Shown here in pieces: positions 11,045 through 21,289 of a stretch of 37,912 nt of DNA. A program made the position numbers and the translations under genes. The notes under the pieces were generated by a model. It did not search any database, was not told the origin of the DNA, and worked only from the letters and a program-made list of their open reading frames with translations. Origin of the DNA: Nemertoderma westbladi (Eukaryota; Animalia; Xenacoelomorpha); assembly GCA_032718475.1 (NCBI GenBank), contig JAUCBJ010008319.1:1-37912 (forward strand), given 5' to 3'. The stretch's first letter is position 1. Every line of letters starts with the position of its first letter.

Positions 11045-12262
11045 CTGTTGTTTCATCCGAACTCCGAACACATCACTACCAATCTCCGAGAAGCAATCAA
11101 CCCGCGAGGCGATACTGCACTTGTTTGAGAGGTACCTACTGATCCTCCCTTTGTTCTTAGCCGATGCTCTTCCGATGAAGGATGAGTGGAATATCAACCC
11201 GTACTTGGGGGTGTTCCCGCGGGTTTTTAGCGCGCGGAACAAGGCCTTCTCGGCGCCCAGGATCTGCACCGTGGACGCCGGATACTTCGCGAGGTTGGTC
11301 AGACTTCCCGCGTGAGATATTAGCCGCGCTCCCACCTGCTCTCCAATCAGTGAGGTGAGATTGGGAGCGATGGAGGTCATCTTACTGGATAGGTAGTCGT
11401 GTAACTCGCGACGGTATTGGGTTAGCGAGAGAACGCGATCGGCGAAGAGACGAATGTTCATCAGATCCAAATCCGATATGTCCATTCCCATTGAAGATTT
11501 TGCCGCTAATAGAATCTCTTCGGCTTTCCCAGAGTCAACAGAAATATCTCCGGTGTCTAGAACATCCGTTAGAGGAGCTAAACTATCATCGTTTAAAGAC
11601 TTTCGGTCACCTATAACTTGTATCAACTTGACAAACAAGTAATTATCTTTGACGATCTTTACCAACTCCGGAAAGTGGTAAGAATACCATTCCCGTAGTC
11701 GCATCGTAAACGTGTTGATATCTTTATCGAGTTGGTCGATTAAACTAATGCTCTGTATAATCATGTTGTCGACTTTATGTACGTTAAACTTTATTTTATT
11801 CCGTGAGTAACTGTGACCCAGACTGAGTCTAGCAGTATCCGAGGACTGGGGTGTCAGCCCCTTGATGTAGGTGTGTCCGTGGTACCGTAAACCTCGGAAT
11901 ATCTCCGGCACCGCGCCTGTTGTCAAACACGAAACTCCCAGAGTTTCGCTAATAACTCCGGCTAATTTGTTTTCCGCAACGCCCAACAATAAACCCTCCT
12001 CCGTGAACGCCAAATAGGTTTTAAGGAATAATTCCAGATCGTTATGGAGAATTCCTTCTGATATAGCGTTCACGTTCTCGAGGGCGTTTAATGCGTTTTT
12101 GTACGCAGAAAACGCGACGAATTTAACGATAGTGCAGAATTTCGCGTGGTTGCTTATCGCTTGTTCTACTTGAGGGAGCAACATTCCGGCTTCCTCGGCT
12201 TCTGTTACATAAAACAACGAATACCCCGACGCGAGTTCGTAAAGGATATATAATCGGCCCAT
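11045..12262 (-). CDS. NOP56: Nucleolar protein 56 (box C/D snoRNP core), exon 1
   Basis: NOP56-type N-terminus ([14 protein letters not shown]...[11 protein letters not shown]), [41 protein letters not shown], and Nop domain [37 protein letters not shown]. Donor CAG|GTGAGA at 11045/11044 after codon 406. Confidence 0.96.
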
Positions 12263-12602
12263 TATGTAGTACTACCGGTACCGGTTTATAATGAAATATG
12301 GCAGGTAATATTAACTACAGAACTACAGAACTAATCTCAAGTCTCAACCATTTAGGCATACTACTGTACTAATCACATAGACTACTGCTGCAGTACGGTA
12401 AGCCTACTGACAGTCTTTAAAATTCCTGAGTGTTTGGAGCTCATTCGCCCCATTATTGAATGATATATTTTCTATTTATTTTCTTATTTTCTATATTTTT
12501 TATTTATATTTTTTATATGATATATTTCTAAATTAGCATTGTTAAAATCGATAACATAGATAACACTGGTACCGGTACCGTAGAAAATACAAATATTAAG
12601 AT

Positions 12603-12629
12603 CAAGGACTACTTAATAAGTAGTCCTTG
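12603..12629. mobile_element. 27-bp palindromic micro-element (CAA...TTG ends) with candidate 8-bp TSD
   Basis: CAAGGACTACTTA-A-TAAGTAGTCCTTG, flanked by ATTAAGAT and ATTAAGAA (7/8 match). Confidence 0.55.
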
Positions 12630-12829
12630 ATTAAGAAAAATAAAGGTACCGGTAACGTAAACTGAAAGTAAGGTAACCACCACCAATGTAAGTCAGACAT
12701 TTCAATTAAATCTATGTTTCATATACAGTTGCAATAAACTGAAAGTAAGTTGACATTATATCGCTGATAAATATTTTGAACGATAACACATGGTACCATA
12801 TGTAATGTAAATATTAAGGTAACATTCCG

Positions 12830-13716
12830 AAAAACCCTATTCCGAAAAAAACACCGAAACATAATCGAAACAATTACCGCCCCATTTCCCTGACATGCAT
12901 CGTAGCAAAATGCTGTGAGAAGCTCGTCCGTTCACCACTCCAACATCATTTTGAACTGAACAACTTGTTTGACTGCTCGCAATACGGGGGACGCCATAGG
13001 AGGTCAACAGTCCAGCAACTATTGCATGTCTTAGATAACATAAATAACATAAATAATGTTTCCATTTTACAGAATGACCTTAATGCATTGAGTACTTGGG
13101 CCAATGATTGGAAACTTACCTAATGTGGACAAGTGCAAAGTGGTTAGATTTGGTAAGAGTATTGATTCCCCCCCCCCCCCCCCCCCGAATACGATCTAGA
13201 TGGTAATAAACTAGAAATTGTCCCCCAATACAAGGACCTCGGTGTCACTTTTTCAAACACATTACTATTTTCCTCCCACTGTTCTAATATCTGCGCCTCT
13301 GCTTCAAGAGTGCTGGCTGTAATGAGGAGAAACTTCACATATATGGAGCCACAAATGTTTATCGTGCTATACAAGTAAATTTTACGTCCTATCCTTGAGT
13401 ACGCCACTCCAATGTGGTCGCCTTTTCACCGTTCCGATATAGATAAAATACAATGCATCCAACATCGCGCTAAAAAACTGGTTCCATCCTTAAGGAACCT
13501 CCCGTACTACGAGCGTCGGGAGAGGCTTAAACTCCCAACATTAATATACAGACGAATCCGTGGCGACCTCATCACAGTGTGGAACCTAACCCATGGCAAG
13601 GCGGCCTTTGATTGGAAACAACTATTTTCGCTTGTTGTCGACACTCACTAAAAAAAGAACCGATTTGAGATATATTTTTATTGATACTGGCGTAATTAAA
13701 CTAAACTAAACTAAAC
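12830..13716 (+). mobile_element. Degenerate CR1-clade LINE fragment (RT region, internally deleted)
   Basis: Broken frames read PIPKK..NNYRP/SLTCIVAKCCEKLV, QNDLNALSTWANDWKL, YKDLGVTF, RPILEYATPMWSP..DIDKIQCIQHRA and RRIRGDLI. Ends near a (CTAAA)n tract. Confidence 0.85.
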
Positions 13717-13721
13717 ATTAA

Positions 13722-14456
13722 GGGGGGGGGGGGGGGGGGGGGGGGGGGTACACCATTTTCGGACAACTCTTTGATTTATCACTCTCAGCGTTTCAAAATT
13801 GTTTGATTTTGGCTAAAATTTGGCATATCGGTGCCTAAGATGCTATTCTACATGACAGGTCAGAAATGTTTTTTTTTTCGCTATTTAATATTAGTTAATA
13901 CTAGTTAACAACAAAAAAAACTTGGTTGCGCTTAAAACCCTAAGGCTTTTACAGTTTTGAACCTAATCACATGAAAGTTTTTTTATATGATAGATCAAAG
14001 ATGGGGCAACATAACTATCAGGCGAAATTTTGTTAAAATAATTCTGCACCGCTAGGTGGTGCTGCAAATTTATGCAAATTTTTAGGTTTTTTATAAATAG
14101 TATTAAATTTTATTAACAAAAAATTTCGAAAAGTTGCCTGATACTTTTATGCAGGGAGGCTATCTAGACACCCACAGGAAGTTTCAGACTAATTACTCAA
14201 AAATTGTAGAAGTAGTAGGGTTTTGAAGTTGACAATTTCATGAAAAAAATATTTGGATATAATCGACCTTTCATTATACATAGTAATAGTAATTTCAATA
14301 GGATTCCGTAAATGGAAATTTACATAACTTGAAAACTAAAAGAGGTATTAAATAGCGGTTTTCAGATTTGGAAACACCATTCAATGGTGCATTACAATAG
14401 ACCATAAAAAAAATTTCGACATATTTTGGACCAAAATGGTGTACCCCCCCCCCCCC
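13722..14456. mobile_element. Non-autonomous DNA transposon (MITE) with TTAA TSD; Kolobok-like RR...YY termini
   Basis: TTAA at 13718-13721 and 14457-14460; inverted termini G(n)TACACCATTTT / AAAATGGTGTAC(n); no ORF. Confidence 0.85.
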
Positions 14457-14739
14457 TTAAACTAATATATTTGTTGAACCACCAACACAAGTAAAGCATT
14501 AAAGATTATAATTAATTAATTTCGAGCAATTAGTAAAATAAAATTTGCTAAAATAAACGTGATGAAAAATAGCTAGTGTTGCACCAATTGTGAATCTAGA
14601 CGTTAAGCTGGAAGGATAGCCTTATGCGGCGAACGGCGTTTCGTTCTTTGTGCGACGTGTTTAAGTCAAACAAAAAATTGTTATTTTCATTTATTATATA
14701 ATTATTATATATATAAATCTCTCTCAACCAACTCCCCGC

Positions 14740-15945
14740 GACTCCCGGATTCAGAGGATGACTCTATGTTAGCCAATGAATTTGCCGATTTCTTTGTGCA
14801 AAAGGTAAATAAATTCCGTGACTCACCACCTGCGACACCCACCGTACCAGTTCATCCGTCTAGTGATTTTAACTCGAAGTGGGAAAAATTCACGAACCCG
14901 ACGGCACAGGAGACCAAGCAGATTAGTAGTAACATGAAACCTACAACGTGTTCCTCCGATCCTATCCCTTCAGAAATCCTAAAAAAGGTCCCAGAGCAAT
15001 GGATTTATGTTGTTCATAAAATAACATCAACTTGAAAGGGTTGAAGCTGAGGGAAACCGAAGTCCAATTAGGAAGAGTGCAAACAGCAAAAAAAATCTTA
15101 AGTTTCATAGTATAAACGTTTCGAATCAATACATTTTCATGGTCAGTAACACTATTAACATCAACTTCTCTTGAACGCGGTAAATTCCCATCCAATGGTA
15201 AACAAGCGATTCTCCGTCCACTACTAAAGAAAGCTAAACTCGACCATCAAAACAAGAAAAACTACAGACCAGTTTCAAACTTATCTTTCCTTTTTAAGAT
15301 CATTGAAAAACATGCTGCCCTACAACTGATTGACTACCTTGATAAGAATAATATTATTCCAAAGTTTGTCTCGGGTTATCGTAAATGTCACTCTGTAGAA
15401 ACACTATTGTGCAAATTACAAAATGATTTACTCGAAACTATTGATAGTGGTAAATTCGCAGCTCTCATACTCTTAGACCAATCGGCCGCCTTCGACCTTG
15501 TCGATTACAACATATTACTGGACACACTTCATAATATCGGCATTGACGAGACTGTGTATCAGTGGATAGATCATTCGTAGTTTCAATAAATGGGAAACTT
15601 TCTCGAGTTGTAAACCTTTGGAGTGGAGTTCCCCAGGGCTCAGTCCTTGGAGCAATCCTGTACCTTATCTACCGGTACTGTCTGCCCATTGCTACAGCAT
15701 GTGATAATCTTGATGTTGGTTACCACATCTACGCTGACGACAACCAGATCTTCATAATTTTCGACTGCCTTGACTCATTGGCACTAAACGCTTCGATAAC
15801 AAATTGCATTCAAGCCCTCAAAGTCCAACTTGACGAACTTCCCTTGTTTTTGAATGATGACAAGACAGATATCCTACTACTTGGACGTGGCAATGATTTC
15901 TTGAGCTATGCCTCAGAATGCTCAGTCTCTCTAGGCGGCAACATA
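14740..15945 (+). mobile_element. Degenerate L2-type LINE, 5' part (RT), interrupted at ~15945
   Basis: Reads LANEFADFFVQKV, PTTCSSDPIP, PLLKKAKLD..KKNYRPVSNLSFL, LLDQSAAFDLVD, GVPQGSVLG and YADDNQ; contains frameshifts. Confidence 0.88.
15034..15155 (-). mobile_element. 122-bp Penelope-like pLTR fragment with a minimal hammerhead-like motif and 12-bp TSD
   Basis: Flanked by TAACATCAACTT at 15022-15033 and 15156-15167. The minus strand reads atagtgtta-CTGACCA-tgaa...ttc-GAAACGTT-tatactat. Confidence 0.65.
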
Positions 15946-16790
15946 ATTATTATTATTATTATTATTTATTATTTACAGCAGGCAACATGATATTTATATT
16001 ATACAAACAACAATCAGCCCATATCTATTTGTAACTATTCTACATCGATCTATCTACCTACAGCACATATGATATTATAATTTATACTAATTATAAATAT
16101 GTAGTTATAAAGTGAAAATTACTAACGGAGGATAATGGGATATAAACTATGAAACCAAATTTCTTGAATCGCACATATCATTAATTCGTGAACCATGAAA
16201 ATATGTATAGCAACTAATTGAATTGATGATTACATTATTAGACATAGAAATTCTACTATGTAAACTGGAAATTGATTTATATCGAATGTGAATGAAACAT
16301 GGTAAATTATTACAACCGAAGAAATTCGACATACTAGCACCAAACGGGATCGAGAAAAGCTTACGTGCTGCGTTATTGTACGCTACTCTAAGTCGGTTGT
16401 AAACAATTGATGAGTAATTACTACGTGACCAGAGAGCATTGCAGTACAGCGGAGTTATAAATGCACGAAACAGTTTCACTTTCACTAAATTAGAGCAGCG
16501 TATAAATTTACGAATTAACATGTTAGCGCGAGCGTAAACACCTCGAGTTAATTTCTTAATATCATAATCGTCATCTCGTGTATCATGAATAACATGGCCT
16601 AAGTAAGTATACATGCTCGTTCTAGAAAGTACACTATCAAAAAGAAAAACCTGCGCCATTTGGCTTACTTTTCGTGATTTCGGACAAAATATCATCACTT
16701 TACTTTTCTTTAAGTTGAAAGAAATCGAGTGCGAAATAGCATATTCCTCGCAGTAATTCCAATCCCTATACATCTCCAATAACTCTCCCC
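15943..16790 (-). mobile_element. 5'-truncated RTEX-like LINE (RT thumb/C-terminus, 3' UTR, (TAA)n tail)
   Basis: Reads CEEYA..HSISFNLKKSKVM, YTYLGHVI..DDDYDI, CSNLVKVKLFRAF, LYCNALW and LRVAYNNAAR; stop at 16147; (ATT)n on the plus strand at ~15945-15965. Confidence 0.8.
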
Positions 16791-16823
16791 TCCCCTGGAT
16801 ATATACTACAGCCAGACAGCACA

Positions 16824-19800
16824 ATGTCCCCGCTCTTAATCTCCACAGTTTTCATCGTTCTGGGCCGTTTCGTTGTGGCAGAACCATCCGATCCGCGGGG
16901 TAACCCTGCAACCCACCCAATACCCGTATTGGACTGGTTTGCGGAACACCCTGTCGCTACCGTTTCGAACTGCCGCGCCGAATCGACGGAGATGTGGTCG
17001 ACGAGTGGATTTAGCCTCTACTGCTCTCGTCGGGGAAGAAGATCTTGGGTCTCCTCTCCACGATCTAGAGGCCTAATCGCTAAACTCTGTCTACTGTCTC
17101 TGGCTGGGGATATTGAGACCAACCCAGGACCCAGCAGGACGCGGGCCCCGAAGATCAACTGTCCCGTCTGTCAACGAGGAACAAACTCTCGGAGTAAGAT
17201 CGTCCAATGCGAGAGTTGTGACACATTTGTACATTTAAAATGTTACCGTAGGAAACGCAGTAATTTATTCTCCACCAGAAACAATCTTGAACCAAGTTTT
17301 CTCTGCAATAGCTGTATTTTTACCGAACTTCCCTTTCATGATACAATTTTAGAATCAGAAACCGACGATTCATTTCTCACATCGCCTCTACAAACTCCAA
17401 GTGATGCTGAGAGTGAAACTTTTAATTTTTTTAAGAAAAAAGGTCTGCATTTTTTGCACTTAAACGCACGATCTCTGCTTCCAAAACTTTCCGAAATTCG
17501 TATTTTAATCAATAAATCCAACCCAGCAGTTTTAACAATCTCTGAAACTTGGCTCGATGATAGTGTTTCTGATGGAGAAATTTATATTGATAATTACGTA
17601 GTTTTACGTAAGGATAGGGACAGACACGGTGGTGGTGTCTGTACTTACATTCGATGTGATTTAGCTTTTAATCGTAGGGAAGATTTAGAGACTTGTGACG
17701 AAGTTTTACTGGTGGAACTTTTACTTCCTAAAACTAAACCTATTTTAATCGGTACTTTATATCGGCCCCCTAAACAATCAGATTTTTTGCAAAATTTTGA
17801 AAATACAATTTTATGTAATCTTAGGTCAGACTGTGAAATATATTTCTTAGGTGATTTTAATATCTGTTACCATCACAAAGCATCCCCCATCTGTAAACAG
17901 TACCAAAGTATTTTAAATTTGTTTGGTTTAAAACAAATTATTCGAGATTCTACCAGAATTACCAGTAAAACTTCTACTTTACTAGATCACATCCTTTGTA
18001 ATAATACCGATATTATTTCTCAATCTGGGGTTTTACCTATAGGTCTAAGCGATCATTTTATAGTTTTTAGCACAAGAAAGACACAAAAATCTTTTTTCGG
18101 GGATCATAAAACAGTAACAGTTAGGTCTATGAAAAATTACAGCAAGGAACGCTTTTTAAGTTTGTTAGTTAATTCTGACTGGGAACCCTGTTTTAAGGCC
18201 GCTGACATTAACCTTGCGTACACTGTTTTTAAAGATATATTTTTAAAGGCACTTAATACTGTAGCACCAATTAAAGAAATTAGTCTTAAACAACGCACTG
18301 AGCCCTGGATGACCTCGGGTATTCTTAGTAATATCAGAGAAAGAGATAACTATTTGTATAAATTTAGGAAATACCGTGTTTTAGCTGATTATAATAATTA
18401 CTGCAAATATAGAAACCTTGTCCAACGGGAAATAAAAAAAGCTAAATCTGAATATTTGTACAACAAAATAAGTGAGAATAAAGATAATCCAAAAAGTCTA
18501 TGGTCTACCCTAAAATCTTTAGGTTATAAAAACCTTAAATCTAAATCGAATATTGTTCTGCAAGATAACGGTGAGCTGATTCATGATCATACTCTAGTTA
18601 GTAATTTATTTAATAATTATTTTACTAATGTTGCCTCTAATTTAGTTAAGAGGTTACCGTTATCAAGTAATAAATATAGTATAGGGTCCGAAACTCTAAA
18701 TAATTTTTATTTAGAAAAGTTACAAAATTCAGAAAAGTTATTTTTAAAACCCGTTTCTGAGGATTTCGTTTTTAAAAATCTACTTAGCCTATCAGCCTCA
18801 AAAAGTACCGGTCTAGATCTAATACCTGCCCGTTTTCTTAAGGATGGTGCTGAAGTACTTAAAGTGCCTATTACTTTTATTATAAATTACTCTATCGTAG
18901 ATAATGTAGTACCAGACGAACTGAAATTAGCTAAGGTTGTTCCTCTGTATAAAAAGAATAGTAAAGTAGAACCCTGTAATTACAGACCTGTTAGTATCTT
19001 AAGTATTGTATCTAAAATTCTAGAACGTTCTGTTTTTCTACAGCTGGAGGCACATCTTAGTAGGCTAAATCTGATCTATGAACTTCAGTCCGGTTTTCGT
19101 AAATCATATTCTACAGACACCTGCCTTATTAACTTAACTGATACAATTAGATGTAATAACGCAAAGGGTTTATATACTGGTATGGTAATGTTGGACCTAC
19201 AAAAGGCTTTCGATACTGTAGATCACGAAATTCTGCTTGGCAAGTTAGGCCTGATGGGTGTAGGTTCTATAGACTGGTTCAAGTCCTACCTGTCAGACAG
19301 AGGTCAAACTGTAGTCATTAGCAAATCGCTGTCTACTGTACAAGAGATTACCTGTGGTGTACCGCAAGGTAGTATATTAGGTCCTCTGCTTTTTGTATGC
19401 TATGTAAATGATATGATAAGTAGTATAGATCCCGATTTTAAACTCATTTTATATGCCGACGACAGTGCTCTTATTTTCTCTCATAAAGATCCTATCCATA
19501 TTTCCCAAAAGTTAAGTGCAGTTCTAGAATCCTGTAATGAGTGGTTGGTTGATAATAAGCTATCCATTCACTACGGTAAAACTGAAAGTATTTTGTTTGG
19601 TTCCAAAAGAAAGTTAAAGAAGGTAACTAAGTTTGAAGTCACTAGTAATGGACATAAGATTGAAAATAAAAAGGAAGTTAAATATTTAGGCGCCACATTG
19701 GATAACTGCTTATCAGGAGAAAGTACAGTGAAAAATATTTTCTCGAAAGTTAACAGTAGGCTTAGGTTTCTATACAGAAATAAAAATAGTTTGAACACCG

Positions 19801-20321
19801 ACTCCCGCAAGTTACTTTGCTCTTCTTTAATACAGTGTCACATGGACTATGCGTGCTCTTCTTGGTATGAAGGCTTAACCAAACAGCTTAAATGTAAATT
19901 ACAAGTAGCTCAGAATAAAGTAGTACGATTTATTAAAGACTACAAACCTAGGCACCACCTAACTCCAGATGACTTTTCTGAATCTGGACTACTTAACTTA
20001 GATAGTAGAGTTAAGCAGCTACGCCTTAACCATGTGCATAAAGTGTATAATGGTAAATGTCCCAATTACCTAAAACAAAAATTCAACAGAGTACGCGATA
20101 CACACTCTTACAGTACCAGAGCTAGTGCTTCAAACTTCTACCTCCCGAATTGTAAATCCTTTGAATCTGATACTTTCTTTTTTAACGGCATAAAAAATTG
20201 GAACGCTCTGCCTAATGAAATTAAAAACCTAAATAATCAACATTCTTTTAAATCTGCAGTTAAATCTCATCTCCGTGTGCAATGTAAAAATAGGTACAAT
20301 AGTCCTACAGTAAGTTATTAG
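16824..20321 (+). CDS. LINE polyprotein: hydrophobic leader, 2A peptide, PHD finger, APE endonuclease, reverse transcriptase (1165 aa)
   Basis: [14 protein letters not shown] (aa ~90-103); C4HC3 PHD (CPVC..CESC..HLKC..CNSC); APE motifs HLNARSL, ISETWL, YRPP, GDFN, LDHI, SDH; RT motifs [46 protein letters not shown]. Confidence 0.96.
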   Translation: MSPLLISTVFIVLGRFVVAEPSDPRGNPATHPIPVLDWFAEHPVATVSNCRAESTEMWSTSGFSLYCSRRGRRSWVSSPRSRGLIAKLCLLSLAGDIETNPGPSRTRAPKINCPVCQRGTNSRSKIVQCESCDTFVHLKCYRRKRSNLFSTRNNLEPSFLCNSCIFTELPFHDTILESETDDSFLTSPLQTPSDAESETFNFFKKKGLHFLHLNARSLLPKLSEIRILINKSNPAVLTISETWLDDSVSDGEIYIDNYVVLRKDRDRHGGGVCTYIRCDLAFNRREDLETCDEVLLVELLLPKTKPILIGTLYRPPKQSDFLQNFENTILCNLRSDCEIYFLGDFNICYHHKASPICKQYQSILNLFGLKQIIRDSTRITSKTSTLLDHILCNNTDIISQSGVLPIGLSDHFIVFSTRKTQKSFFGDHKTVTVRSMKNYSKERFLSLLVNSDWEPCFKAADINLAYTVFKDIFLKALNTVAPIKEISLKQRTEPWMTSGILSNIRERDNYLYKFRKYRVLADYNNYCKYRNLVQREIKKAKSEYLYNKISENKDNPKSLWSTLKSLGYKNLKSKSNIVLQDNGELIHDHTLVSNLFNNYFTNVASNLVKRLPLSSNKYSIGSETLNNFYLEKLQNSEKLFLKPVSEDFVFKNLLSLSASKSTGLDLIPARFLKDGAEVLKVPITFIINYSIVDNVVPDELKLAKVVPLYKKNSKVEPCNYRPVSILSIVSKILERSVFLQLEAHLSRLNLIYELQSGFRKSYSTDTCLINLTDTIRCNNAKGLYTGMVMLDLQKAFDTVDHEILLGKLGLMGVGSIDWFKSYLSDRGQTVVISKSLSTVQEITCGVPQGSILGPLLFVCYVNDMISSIDPDFKLILYADDSALIFSHKDPIHISQKLSAVLESCNEWLVDNKLSIHYGKTESILFGSKRKLKKVTKFEVTSNGHKIENKKEVKYLGATLDNCLSGESTVKNIFSKVNSRLRFLYRNKNSLNTDSRKLLCSSLIQCHMDYACSSWYEGLTKQLKCKLQVAQNKVVRFIKDYKPRHHLTPDDFSESGLLNLDSRVKQLRLNHVHKVYNGKCPNYLKQKFNRVRDTHSYSTRASASNFYLPNCKSFESDTFFFNGIKNWNALPNEIKNLNNQHSFKSAVKSHLRVQCKNRYNSPTVSY
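17073..17132 (+). other. 2A-like ribosome stop-go sequence
   Basis: GDIETNPG|P fits D(V/I)ExNPGP and is preceded by a Leu-rich helix [11 protein letters not shown]; Gly-Pro codons at 17127-17132. Confidence 0.9.
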
Positions 20322-20511
20322 TTTATTAATTATTTACTATTTATACTGTAATTACGTTTTATAATAAATTGTTCTGTACATTACATCTTTATCGTTGAGT
20401 CGGACATTGTCACGCTCTCGGTAAAGTTGTACATGTACATAGTGTAATTACGTTTTATATTGGTTTTAGGTTAGCGTAGTGTAATATTGTATTTGTAACC
20501 AAGTAACATAA

Positions 20512-20555
20512 AGGACCCCCTTGGAAATAAGCTGCAAAGCTTTAGGGGTAATCCT
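20512..20555 (+). promoter_or_regulatory. LINE 3'-terminal stem-loop (candidate RT recognition site)
   Basis: AGGA-CCCC...GGGG-TAA-TCCT outer stem enclosing an AAGCT-GCAA-AGCTT hairpin with a GNRA loop. Confidence 0.65.
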
Positions 20556-20650
20556 ATATGTTATGTTGGACAATACCTTTATACCGGTACATTGTTTGGT
20601 GTATTTGTTATTGTTTTTACATAATGTATAAATAAATCTATCTATCTATC

Positions 20651-21280
20651 CACCGTAACAACCCTTGTAGTTCGCTTCGATAGTCAGCTAAATATGCCGA
20701 TCACATTAAAACTCTCACAGCATCTATTAACTTTCACCTCAGGAACAGGAACATACCTCGAATTAAAGAACACTTGTCTTCTGATAATCTGAAGAAGCTT
20801 GTCAATGCTCTAATAATATCACGTGTCGATCAAAACAACAGTCTCCTGTATAATCTACCAACTGTGTCCCTCAACAGACTAAAATTTACACTTAATAGCT
20901 GCGCCCGCCTTATTCCAGGTCAACCTGTTCTGTCTCACATCACCCCTACTTTACGAACTCTTCACTGGTTGCCGGTCACCTTCCGTATCGAGTACAAGCT
21001 TGCACTCATGGCGTGGAAGGCGCTTAATAGACTCGCCCCGTCTTACATTTTAGAACTGTTGACTCCAAACTACAACCCGACTAGAACCCAACAACTGTGG
21101 ACTTTCTTGGTCCCAAGATACAACTTAAAGACGGTCGGTTCCCGTGCATTTAAACATGCTGCCTCAGTTATTTTCAACAGCATCCCCCTTAGCTTAAGAA
21201 CTTGCACTAATTTAGAATCATTCAAAACTCACTCAAAACATTTTATATAATAAAATAGGGCCTTCAACTGACATTCTAAC
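20651..21280 (+). mobile_element. Degenerate L2-type LINE, 3' part (continuation of 14740-15945)
   Basis: Resumes with TVTTLVVRFDSQLNM, then LVNALIISRVDQNNSLL, HITPTLRTLHWLPV..RIEYK and GSRAFKHAA..FNSIP; collinear with the 5' part. Confidence 0.85.
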
Positions 21281-21289
21281 TGACATTAT

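Larger units (their letters stand above)
16790..20650 (+). mobile_element. Apparently intact L2-group (Crack-like) non-LTR retrotransposon
   Basis: Single uninterrupted ORF, 3' UTR with a stem-loop at 20512-20555, AATAAA and a (TCTA)n tail ending at 20650. Clade assignment is by resemblance only. Confidence 0.88.

Noticed and set aside
10941-11315. 124-aa plus-strand ORF
   Set aside because: Satellite translation joined to NOP56 antisense sequence.
14595-14645. Degenerate hammerhead-like string CTGGAAGGATAGCC-TTATGC-GGCGAAC
   Set aside because: Both core boxes are broken and no stems I or III are evident; too weak to call.
16147-16824. 225-aa ORF as an independent gene sharing a bidirectional start with the LINE ORF
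   Set aside because: It is a truncated RTEX C-terminus with a non-ATG start that comes from antisense LINE 5' sequence.
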